Below, one piece after another: positions 40,531-55,609 of a stretch of 64,000 bases of DNA. The position numbers and the translations under genes were made by a program. The notes under the pieces were generated by a model. That model ran no database searches. It saw only the letters and a program-made list of their open reading frames with translations, and was not told where the DNA came from. Position 1 is the stretch's first letter. Each line of letters starts with the position of its first letter. Source of the DNA: Selaginella moellendorffii (taxonomy: Eukaryota; Plantae; Lycopodiophyta); contig NW_003314264.1 of assembly GCF_000143415.4 (NCBI RefSeq), positions 414,774 through 478,773 on the forward strand. Direction: 5' to 3'.

Positions 40531-41910
40531 ATGATTGAGAGAAGCTCTTCGAGATGGGTGTCGTCGTCGATCAAGAATCCTCTCTCGACATGGTTTCCTC
40601 TCACCCCGATCGATATCCACATGCCACTAATTCACAGCCCTCTGGTCCTCGCATTCTCCTCCCCGGTTCCTGAAGGATTTGTGGCCGATTTGGAGCGCGC
40701 GATCCAGCAGGTGCTGTGCCACTACAGAGATTTAGCTGGGCGGATCCGGAGGAACGAGTCCGGGAAGCTTGGGATCTATCTCAACGACCAGGACGAGGAC
40801 TGCGGCGTCCTCTGGATTGAGGCTTCCACCCAGGAAACGCTTCAGGGTTTTTCGGATCAGGATCTCGCAAAGCTCCACGAGCTGACGCCAATGGCTTCGC
40901 AGGATCCCGTGAACATGGGAATCCCTCTTCTACTCCAGGTATGTTCTCCCGATGTTTCCTTCCATTGGCATACATGTGTGGTGTAGATCACTCGATTCGG
41001 TTGCGGTGGGATCGCACTGGGTTTTGGAGTCAACCATCGTGTCGTCGATTGCAACGCGCTCCCGGAATTTCTCCTCGACCTCGCAAAGTTGACCAGGGGG
41101 GAGCGGTCAATCGAGGAACTCCTGTCCGGGCAGCCCATTGACCGCTCCTGCATGATGCCCCGCCGCCCTCCACGCCCTAGCTTTGACCACTCTGACTACA
41201 CCACCAACATCATCACAATGCTTTCCAGCGACGAGGCCAAGTCGATCGTCACCCGCACGATCCACTTCACCAGAGAGCGTCTCGCGCTCCTCAAGTCCGA
41301 GTGTAACAAAGGTCGCTCCAATCAACCCTTCTCCACGTACGTCTCCCTGTCTGCATACCTCTGGAAGTCAATCACCGCCGCCCGGGAAGTCAACGTCCAG
41401 TCCAAGACGATAATACTGTGCCCGGTCAACGGCCGCCGTGGGCTCGCGCTCCCGGCTCACTTCTTCGGCAATGCGGTGTTTAGGCGGTGCGCATGCGCCA
41501 CGGTTTGCGATATCCTTGCCATGCCCTTGGGTGACTTGGCCTCGCTGATTGCCGCAGGCTTAGAGTCTTTATCGCAGGAGGATTATTTGCGATCGGTTGT
41601 GGATTTCCTTGCATTGAAGCAACAACACGAGGACCAGCAGCGTAGTTCTCCCCAGGCGGAAGAGATTCCCCGCTTTTCTTTCGATCCAAACTTGATCATC
41701 ACTAGCTGGGCTCGACTGCCCTTCTACGAGCTCGACTTTGGATTCGGTCGTCCGGTTCTTGCCACCCCCACGGAGGGCCCTTGCGAAGGTTACGTGCGAG
41801 TGGTGCCATCTAGCAATGGTGACGGAGGTCTAGCAGTAGTGCCCACTCTAAGAAACGCTCATATGGACAAGCTTGTCTACTCCATTTTCAATGACAACAA
41901 AGATGGTTAA
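40531..41910 (+). CDS. BAHD acyltransferase, intact (~443 aa, 2 exons)
   Basis: HxxxD motif (HRVVD), FFGNAV, SWARLPFYELDFGFG. Intron 40939-40986 at the usual Q|IT position. Confidence 0.93.
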
Positions 41911-42038
41911 CACTTTCCATTGATCAGCAATGGACAAGCCTGTCTACTCCACAGATGGTTAGTGAAGGGATCAAATCGCATCGACAAATTGTTAACCTGG
42001 CAGCTCTTCCATTGTTCAGCACAAATTCATTTTCAATC

Positions 42039-43361
42039 ATGGTCATCACGATTGAGCGGTTGCCGGAATGGATCCGGATTCAGAGCGACGACGGGAGCAG
42101 CGATCATTCTCCATGGCTACGTCTCAGCCCGATCGATTCCCTGATGCCAAGCTATCACGTCCCACTCCTCCTTGCATTCTCTTCGAAGCTACGTACCTCT
42201 TCTCGCTTGAAAGATTCGCTCGAAAAGGTGTTGGGCTACTACATGGAGCTCGCGGGTCGGATTGGAAGAGATGAATCTGGGGATCTGGCTATTCGTCTTA
42301 ACAACGAGGGAGTTTTTTGGGTGGAAGCCGTCGCAACGGAAACATTGGTCGAGTTTCTGGGTAGCGATGATGGTCATGGAAATATTCACAAGCTTACACC
42401 CATGTCATCATCGAACAATCTAGATTCAAGCAAGATTTCGATCAGTGAAGTTTACTCGTTCCAGATCACAAGCTTTAGCTGTGGAGGATTTGCGCTGGGG
42501 CTTGGAATCCAGCACCACGCCGCCGATTGCAACGCGGTCCCCGGCTTCCTGGCCGACTGGGCAGCACTCGCGAGCGGCAAAGCCGCGAAGTTTTCGGACA
42601 GTCGCTCGTCCGATCGTACCTTGATGATGCCCCGGGATCCACCCATGCCGGAGTTCGAGCACCCCGAGTACGCGCTCACGCCGAAGCACTACACAGTCCT
42701 CACCCCGGAGGAATCCAAAGCCCTCACCACTCGACGGATCCACTTTCGCAAAGGCGAGCTCGATCGGCTCAAAAACAGTGAAAGCGCTGGAGGATCTAGC
42801 TCCACATTCGTGTGCCTGGCAGTCCATCTCTGGCGGCTCATCACCATGGCCAGGGGAGTCAGCGGCGGCCGCCGCACGGTGCTCTACTGCCCGGTCAATG
42901 GTCGCCGTGGACTCTCACTCCCGGTTGACTACTTTGGCAACGCCGTGTTCCGGGCGCGCTGTGAGGTCAGCGCGGAAGATCTCACGGAGATCCAAAATCC
43001 ATGTCGTAGAAGGGCAATCGAGCCCAGCTTGTGATGACCAAGTTGGGATCGAAGCTGATCCTCGTGAATCCGGCGCTGTCGTGCTGCTCTGATTTGGGAG
43101 CTTCTCTCAGCTGGAGAGCCACGAAATCCACCACCGATCTCAAGCGCTCGGCCTCGGACGCCCTCTCGATACTCGCCGCGATGATCGAAGCTCCAAATTC
43201 CAGTGGGAACTCCAATCCTTGCCACACCCACGAATGGTCCCTGCGAAGGCTACGTCCGTGTTGTTCCATCGGGCCTCCAAGACGGGAGCTTGGAAGCCGT
43301 CGCTACTCTTCGCCAAGAACACATGGAAAACCTACTCGCTTTGATCGAAGCACACAAGTAA
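42039..43361 (+). pseudogene. BAHD acyltransferase disrupted by an internal ~220-bp inversion
   Basis: HHAAD and YFGNAV on the + strand; LRSVVDF...SWARLPFYDMDFG on the - strand at 42990-43209; PCEGYVRVVPS...TAA resumes on + in the original frame. Confidence 0.9.
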
Positions 43362-43409
43362 AAAAATTATCGATAGAGTATAGTGAAACATCCAAAGTCT
43401 TGGATTCGA

Positions 43410-43772
43410 TCACTCATCACCCGAGGGCCGAGTTCTCTTTGAAATATCATAGTTCGTCTTCTCCAAGCTCTCTTCTTCCTCCTCATCCCCATCCTTCTTC
43501 TTCTTCACCCTCTCCTTGTAGCTCTCGTCAGCAACATTGTGCCCGACTTTGCCATACCTTTTCTTCTTGCTATCATCATCCGGTTCTCCTCCACCTTTCG
43601 ATCCGCTCTGGCCACAAAACCATCGCTGCTGCTGCTGCTGATCCAAGCTCCAATTCTGCCCAAACCCAAACTCCAACGAAGAAGAAGACGCGACCAAAGA
43701 ACTCGTGCTACTCGCGCTCTGGCATTGCCCGGACAGGACAAACCTCCTCGTCAAATGGATCAATCGAGACAT
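43410..43772 (-). CDS. Small (120 aa) putative mitochondrion-targeted protein of unknown function
   Basis: ATG-initiated single-exon ORF with an Arg/Ser/Leu-rich acid-free first ~30 aa, an RWFC cleavage-like motif and a highly charged C-half. Confidence 0.6.
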   Translation of the reverse strand: MSRLIHLTRRFVLSGQCQSASSTSSLVASSSSLEFGFGQNWSLDQQQQQRWFCGQSGSKGGGEPDDDSKKKRYGKVGHNVADESYKERVKKKKDGDEEEEESLEKTNYDISKRTRPSGDE

Positions 43773-44280
43773 CGCTCGCTAGATCTAGCCCTAATTTTCG
43801 CTATTTGCTGGCCTTCTCTCTTCTTGCATGGGTGCCAAGTGTGGCTCACTAACTGCACCACCTCATGATCTGGCCACCTGGTAAAAAGACCTTTTACCGT
43901 TAGATTTGCTCTGGATAGGATTCGAACACATAAGGTGCTTATAAAATCCAATTATTTTCTACGACTTGGATACAAACGGTGTATCGAGGCCGATCTTTCG
44001 CCAAAGCCAATTATATTATCTGCTTTGCTTGAAATATTTGCTGGTAAAAATATATCACATGACTCTTACCTCCAAATATATCACCTTGAAAACCCCAACG
44101 TAGACAAATATTCCTCCTGCTACTCGCGCTGTATTCCGTGCGTACTACACCCAATACCAGCATTTTCCACACAACACAGTTGATCCTAGTTTTTGCTTGT
44201 TTTTACTTTGGACATTCCCTTCTCATCGAGCCTGGCTCTCCAAGAGAAGAATCTCTCTTTTACAAAAGCTTTCCCCCTTG

Positions 44281-46537
44281 CTACCTCCTCAGCCTGGAAG
44301 GTCTGCACCGAAACTCCGCCAGTAACGCTATATGATCTGACGACCACTCTGGAGAAGGGAGCGCTGTGTCTTTCCGCAAGCTCTCCTCGTCCAAAAGCTC
44401 GAGTAGTGAATCCACCACTATTGAATCCGCTGCAAACAGAGAAAAAAAAACGTTTTGCTTGTGTCAATCGCTTCATCTCCAGGAAGGCCAAACACTCACC
44501 GGTGTAGAATATGTAGTCCAGCGTACCAAGGAAATCTCTCGTGCAATTTGTGAAAAGGGGCTCGTTGCTACCATCACGCCGCGATAATGCTGAGTACGCA
44601 CTTACCTGTAAATATAACAAGCCAGTCAAGAGTGAACGAAGCTCGAGTTCTTACCAGAGGCAATTGGTGGCACAACTTGCTCGCAGGTCTTAGAATTCCA
44701 AGAGGATCAATGGCAAGCTCCGGGTGAGTTGGTTCGACTCTTCCTGTGGCCAGGAGGGAGTGTGGAGCGCTGAGAACAAAAAACAAAAAAGTTGGCACTC
44801 TCGGGAATCAAGAAGTAGAGACTGACCTGCCAGGAACAGAATTAAAATCACCAGCAACAAGCATGGGAATTTCCGCGCTTGCAGCAATCTTCTCCAGACC
44901 TTTAAGAAGAGTTTGCACCTGAAGAGAAAAACTCAGATCACGCGAATTGCTATTAGGGATACTCTACCTGCCATAGTTTCACGTCTTTCAGCTCAGGATT
45001 CGCATGAATATGAGTATTGGCCTGAAAAGGAAAAGGTGTTGGAAGTCGAGATCCCACTGCATGTAGCTTACCACACAGATCAATTGCTTTTTAGACGGGT
45101 CTGGATAATCCAAGACCTCCAGCACCACAATGAGAGCGACATTATCCTAATGCAGAGGCCAAGTCAGTATCAATGACACAGCGAACGGAGAAAACCTTGA
45201 GAAGGCGGGTGAGAGCTGCTTTTCTTTGAGCAGAGGGCATGTAAGCTTCTGAAAACGATTGTGCTGCCTTATTGAACTCCACCTGATCCAGTAATGTGTA
45301 ACCATTTGTAATGGTTTGGATTAGGAAATTAAAAATCTACCTCGTATTTTTTGACTTGTAAGAACCGATCATTGCGATAAAATGTAGCACAACCATCAAT
45401 AGTGTACACCCCCGCAGCATAGACCTGAACCCCATGGCATTAAGTTTGAGTGTCCTAGCACTAGACAATACCTCTGCAGTCTTTTTCTTGTAAACCGCCG
45501 AATATCCGTGCTTCTCAAGTTCCGGAGCAAAGAACTCGTCAAAGTGGTCGCTTTGAATCTGAAACAATCATGTAGAGATTATACGTAGAAGTCCTGTGAG
45601 AGCATACCTCTTGCAGACACAGGATATCCGCTCGATAGCCCACAATCTCGCGCAGCAGGTTTTGCCGTCGGTAGGCCCACGAGAGAGCCCACTGGGGGCA
45701 ATAGCTGTACATGTCGCTGGTGGCATACAAATCAGCCAGTACATTGTATGACAGAACCGTGAAAGATCCTGGAGCCCCCAGCCGACCATCCAACTCAAGC
45801 CCGTCAATGGTGTTCACTTGAACCATTCTCCTGGGTGGTGGACACGGAGCTGGAATAACCCGTTGTGTGAGAAGAGAGTTAGAGAGTCCCCCTGTTGGCA
45901 TTCCCGTGGCCGTCGACATAACCACGCACTCCAGCTTGAGAGCATGTCCTACGTCTTCTTCCGTCGGTGTATACGTTTTCACAGAGCCTACTTCCCATAT
46001 CTCTGTCCCGTTCTGGTCCTGTGTCTTCGTAGGCCCCCCTATGATACCGTTGCTCACTGGAGCACCCCCGCCTACAGACCCACCCCGTCCAAACAACTCG
46101 TCTTCCTCGGCCCCATTCTCTCGAGCAATGTTTGTGGCGTGTGCATGCATTGCCCGGTGATGACGCCATGAATCGGAGAAGCACTTGGACGAGCAGTGGA
46201 GGCTCTTGCTCACTGGCAGCTTAGCTTTCAAACAGCCTATACACTGAAGAGTCGCAGGCTCCGAGGGATGCACGCTACACACGGATGCTCTCTTGTCAGT
46301 TTGGATTCGGCACCTGGAAGATTGAATGCGTAAGAAAAAGTGAATAGAGTAGAGGAAAAAAAAAACACTTTTCTTTTACCATTTCCACCTAAGATAGTAT
46401 CCATCGATGGGAGATGTTACTGGAACGTCGTCAGTCGTGGTAGTCCCATCGGGAAGCCGTAGTTGGACGTAGGGAGAGAGCTCGCAGCCTACAATAGGAA
46501 TGTCCGACGGTAAATGCAAGCGCAGGACGCTCAGCAT
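44281..46537 (-). CDS. CCR4: CCR4 deadenylase homolog (EEP nuclease with plant N-terminal zinc-ribbon), multi-exon
   Basis: MLSVLRLHLPSDIPIVG, CSVHPSEPATLQC, FTVLSYNVLAD, ILCLQE, GTLDYIFY, SSDHIAL. Confidence 0.93.
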
Positions 46538-48178
46538 ACTGCCTCTATGGAATGACGATCCTGGACTAGAAAATCTACAAGCTTTCCCTGTGCGCTACCA
46601 CAGGCAGATGGGCCACTGGGCGGATCCGCCATCAGTAGCCCACCTGCCTTCCCCAGAGCCCTCGCCGATCCCCACGGCGGCGATTCAAGCTACAGCCCCC
46701 CTAAATCTCGGCAAACCAGCTACGAGAATGGCCGGCGCGTCAAATCTATTGATCCCCGCAGCTAAGATTACCTCGCGGCAGCCGGCGCTTGCGGCAGAGG
46801 GGACGAATGGGCTCCATCGCCTGCGCCATGCCTCTGGATACCCTAATCCCGCCTCAAAACCCTAAAATCCACTTTCTCCAAATTGTGGATGGACTCATGG
46901 ATGTGATCACGCATGCCCATACGCAACCGAGAATATGCCGGAAGCATATCCAGCGTGTCGAATCAAATGTTGCGCTGCGTGTGGTCCGTTATCCTTATCT
47001 GTTACGCTGGCTTTTAATCCCATCCCTCTCACAATCTTTATCACAAACGCCGGGATTTCGTGTCAAAACGATCCACACCAAATTTACTTGCACGGCATTT
47101 TCTCCTAGAAACTCCAGCCCGCCGCCACCTTTGTCAAAAAGAGAATCTACAACTCCAGCCTGTGCGTGCATGTGGCCGCCACCTAAGATTACATTGAAAA
47201 AATCCCACGCACCAACTTATCATACTCCGCCACCTTAGGGCTACAGGGGAGGCGTGAGGCACCCAAAGTTCTCACATTGCCCGCCACCTTTCTCGAATGG
47301 GCGCGAGGCAGCCATCCATTACCACACGTATAGTTAGTTCGTTCTTGTGTTCCAAATTCCCCGGGCCCGTACGCAATCTAACGGAATATTCTTGCGCCGT
47401 AAGGGTATATACCGGGTAAGAGAAAAACAGGAGCGAGGAGAAAATATATAGGGTGGGCAACGAAAACGCGGACCCCAAAATTGGCGATCCAATCGCGCTC
47501 ACTCCACCCAACGCTTCTCCACGACACTTACAAGAAGAGCACAAGGAGGCCTTTTCTCTCTGTCTCTCTCTCTTTTTTATTTCCTGGCCAGGAAAAGGGA
47601 AGAGGGCGATTCTCTGTGAGAGCGAGGAGCGCGATTCCACCACTCCACTCACATTGTTCTTGCGCGGTCGGTCACGCTGGCTACTGAGGGGCGCCTCCTC
47701 CATTTGCTCCCGGTCACGGGGAGAGCTGATCTCCTGTCCCCGAATCGCTCACAGGTGGCTCGCCCCGAATTCCCTCCATCGCCATCGCCGCGTGAACCAG
47801 GTCAGTCCCTCTCCGCGTTTTCCCAGATGGGTTGTGATCGCTTCCTTTCGATCCGGGGGATTTTGAGCTCCAATTGGAGTTCTTGGCGAGATCAGGTCTC
47901 CTTGCTTGTTCTTGGCTTGGGCGAGTGATGCGAGGAGCCTCTTTTCTTCTTTCTTTTTCTTTTCTTTTCCTTGGCTGCCAAGAATTCTGGATTGGATTCG
48001 TTGCTTCGCTCGCTTGCCCTGATTTTGGCTTTGCCTTGAATTCCTGCTTGAGACTTTAATGCCTTTTAATGCGCTGGAGTGGAGTCCTTCGTGTTCTTGG
48101 CGATTTTCTCAGTGGTTTCTTTGTGCTCGATCTCTTTCTCTCTCAGGTGGTGGTGGAGGAGGATACTTTGGGACGAGG

Positions 48179-49987
<1,809 letters not shown>

Positions 49988-50152
49988 TTCGTTGGGGCGT
50001 CGACGACGAGGAGAAAGAGGTGGGAGATTTTGTAATATAATTCCTTTGGTCAGCTTAGAGATAGTTCCCTGATAGCTGGAGATAGAAATGCTGGGGAATG
50101 GGGGGTTTAGCTTTACGGGACACAGGGATAAAGCAGATAGCAAAGACAAGAA

Positions 50153-50190
50153 CAAGCAAGAAGCAAGAAGCAAGCAAGCAAGCAAGCAAG
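50153..50190. repeat. (GCAA)n-like simple repeat in the UGE 3' region
   Basis: Direct reading of caagcaag repeats. Confidence 0.8.
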
Positions 50191-50711
50191 ATCCCATAAC
50201 AGTTTTGCAAGAAAAATGATGACCCATTCTTTTGTTGGGCTCGGGAGGGATGATGATCTCAGTTGATCCCTTTGCCTCAACTCACTTTTGTAGAGGACGT
50301 TTGATACTGGAAAGTTAAAAGGAAAAGGAAACCGAAAAAGCAATAAAGAAGAAGCTCGCCGATGGATGATACCAGACCAATCACTTGGTTGGAGTCACGA
50401 ATTATTCCGAGTCAGTCAAAATGCGTTGACTGCATTTGCCCTGACCTATTTTATAGTTGGGAAGAATCTAAGTCCATAGTTGCTTCCAGCCTTGCATGAT
50501 TGCTGGACAATATATGGCAAAAGTTCCAACAAAGGGGGAAGAAGTATTTAATTTAATCTCGTACGACATGTACTACTTAGGTCAAATTAACTTTACTACT
50601 TACTTACCATAAATAAACGACGAATTAGGTCAAATTAACTTTACTTCTTTACTTCGTTGTCACACATCTTTATTTTTTAAAAGCCACACTTTTTTTCCCC
50701 GAGTTTTTCTT

Positions 50712-52402
<1,691 letters not shown>

Positions 52403-52730
52403 TTAGTAGCTTCCGGCGGCAAGAGAAGAGATCGAACGAAGCTCCCAGGCTTTTCGTCTAGGCGTGTTCGAAGACGCCCGTCCGAAAATCCTGCCCTGCC
52501 GCTCAAACAATGAAATGCCCCTCTCGCGACTAGAGCTTTTTATGATATTTCACGTCGATTGGATTCTCATTACACGTCCGGATTCCACCGCTGTCAACGT
52601 GCGGCCAAGATCTCTGCATCGGCATGACATTCCGGATCACCAGATCCACGGCTGTCAATCAAATCATCCTCTCCATACGTCATTTTCTCTCTACCAAAAC
52701 TGTCAGGAATTGTTTGTTCTTTCTTTGCTG

Positions 52731-55609
52731 TCACGAAGTCTTTGCTGTGCCGACGAGGGGAATCTCCAAGGCCGGAGTAGAAACACTCGATTCATCGTTG
52801 GCGGTAGAACCGGTCTCCTTGAGACCCTTCTTGATGATCTCGATGAACTTCATTGCATCAGTTTTGTACTGCAAACGAAGAATCAGACTGGAAACGCTAG
52901 GACTTTTGTTTTCGCGTACCTCAGATTCAGCACCACTTCGAATCTTCGACGCCATGAACAGTCGCTTCTTGAAGTTAGTTCCTAAAATGTATCAAAGAGT
53001 TAGCAAGTGGAGCTCGTCCCAACGAGAGTTTCCGTACCAACTTTGACGCTCAGCTTGCACTTTGATTCCGAGAGCGTTTCCACTGTCCATCTTGCGTGGA
53101 TCTGTGCAAAGAAGTAGAACCAAAAACGAAAAATCGCATAGTCGAGTGATTACCTCGAACGAGGAACCGAATGGAACGTCATGCGCCTGTTGAATGCTTT
53201 CCCAATGCTGGAAGTAACAAGATCACGAGTTAGCTCTAACCGGCGTGGGCATATTTGTAAAAGCACCAGTAGTTTCTTCTCGCCCGAAAAGAAGATGTGC
53301 TGTGTGTCAGTCATTGCGGTGTCTGGAGGACACATTGGGCTGTTACACTTTGCTCGATACGTAACTTTCCGCAGAATACCGCTGTACTCCTCCGGATTGC
53401 GCCATGGTTCGATCTGAGCTGCAGCGAGTTAGCTAAGAAACGCACACAGAATTAAGTGAACCTGCAATTCAGTGTCTTCGCGCTCTGCTCGATAGCGCGT
53501 CGTAAAGTCCGACTTGTCGCTTAGTACGGAAGCAAAAAATTGCTCGGCAGAGCAAGGCAGCATATCCTGCAACAAATAATGTCAGCCAGCTTCAATAGAA
53601 ATTCACTAACCTCTACAATGTCAACTAGAACATCGTCTTTGATAAAAGGTTGCACCACTTTTGTTTCTTCAATCGGAGTAGTCTCATCCACACTAGACAC
53701 AAATGGTACGACCTGCTGCTCCTGGTACCTTGTGCTGTGAACTCGCATGAACTTATCCTGAAAATTGATAATCGATTAGTTTCTGCAATGCCAGAGGTCA
53801 CACTTAGCCAGACCTGCTTCGCGGCTTCCTCATTTCCTTGATAGTTTTTCACAGCGCGTTGGAGAACCCTGTGTGCATGATTCCGGTTCCAAAAGGATGC
53901 AAATTTATACTTCGCTCTACCTATATCCAGACAAGAATGTTGTTTAGATCGCTGTAGCTCAGCAGAAACAAACTTGATACCAACCATCTGGACTAGCAAG
54001 AGGAGGAACACCCTGACCACCTGTACCAGCCCTCAAAATGATGGTGATCGCGGGGTTGATGAAGGCGTGCTGACTTTTCTTGATCTATAAGCCGAACATA
54101 GATATGAAATGGACAAAGTGACAGAGTTTACCTCTTCTACGATATCGTAAGGCAACACGACCTAGAAAACAAAGTAAATAGCCTAGAAAAAAATGTCGCC
54201 GGTGACGTACCTTTAGTTGTTTAGCAAAGACATTCGAATGAAAGCATATGTGCCAAGCAGACACGTACATACGCCCATGGTACAAAAATGATCTCTCCAG
54301 CGCGCATGAAAACTTGTGCTCAACCATCTGCACGGACAATGTTTTTTAAGAAAATGAAGCAAAAATCATCGTCAAACCATACTTCATCAGGAGGCAGGTC
54401 AAAGATTGTCTGCAGCGGCCCCGGCTTTTGACGAACTTCTGTGCCAGTCGGCGATTCTAGAAATCGTCGTCGATTGGTTCCAGCAACAGTCCTGCGATGA
54501 GCTAGTATGTGTCATTTTCTCTTCGAAATAGAACATAGTTCCTACCCTGCTGTTGGCACACGGCGAGTACATGTTTGAACGCAAACCTGAAGAGAGAAAA
54601 AGTAGTAAGCACCACTAAAACAGGATTTAGCGTTTTGCCTGTCCAGAGGTGCCAACCAAAGAATGCCAAATAGCTTCTGTTTGTCCCTCCTCTTTGATCT
54701 CGATGGTTGTCGAGCCAAGTTCTGTGCTTTTCCAGATTATATCCCAGTCGTAAATCGCTATTATGATCTGAAAAAAGCGATAGAAACTCAGTGGTGGAAG
54801 AGAGAAAAAACTGTTAACTCACGTACTTGAGCTGGGAGGTCATCAATATAAAAGTCAAATTCTTCTCCCCACATGGGATTTCTTGAACCAGGAACCAAAG
54901 AGCTGAAGAAAACACTCGACTTATGCTCAAAACAACAAAAAATAAGTGTAGGTACCTGAAACGCTTTTGAGAACCATAGGTGAGTACCGCGTAAGGATCA
55001 GACGTTCCATTTAGATTCGCAGCTGCTATATTCTTCGCCGCTAGAAGTTCCAGCTGCAGGAAAATGAAGACGCTCGTTACGTTGTCACAATGACTACCTG
55101 GAAGGGAGCTCGTATACCTTAACGAAGTACATAGGCTGGCTTCCCGCGTCCACTTTCGAAGAGTTCTACAGCAAAAGCCCCAATGCTGCATGTCAAAGAA
55201 AAGAAAAGAATATCACATGTGCAAAGCTTAACATCCAGAGCATTACTTTGATCATATGCAGCATCCCAAGCTTTCCAAAGAGAAACAAAAAAAAAAAACA
55301 ACACAAGTACCAGAAAGAGAAACGAAAACGAAAGACCAAGAAAGGCAAAGAAAGCAAACAATCTTCCAAAGCGGGAGATAGGATTTTAAATACCTCTTTC
55401 GTTCTCTCCAGCTCCCTCTCGCGAATTCCCTCCACACCAAAGTCCTCCGCGGCGGAGAGAAAAAATCCCCCGGCAGCTTCTCGCAGACGTTCGACATGCC
55501 GCACAACACCAAAAATGAAGATCACCAGCACCGCCGCCGCAAAGGAAACGTTGATTTCTCCCCAGGATGGTAGCAAAACTTGCATCGCTATCTCGACCAC
55601 GTTTCTCAT
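52731..55609 (-). CDS. C2 + GRAM + VASt domain protein (BAGP1-like), multi-exon
   Basis: LLPSWGEI and TM segment, [22 protein letters not shown] (C2), [16 protein letters not shown] (GRAM), [13 protein letters not shown] (VASt). Confidence 0.88.

Noticed and set aside
43031-43852. 273-aa plus-strand ORF
   Set aside because: A shadow frame built from the inverted BAHD segment and the antisense of the small minus-strand gene.
50577-50648. Direct repeat TTAGGTCAAATTAACTTTACT occurring twice
   Set aside because: Two copies in the tubulin 3' region, an ordinary local duplication and not CRISPR-like.
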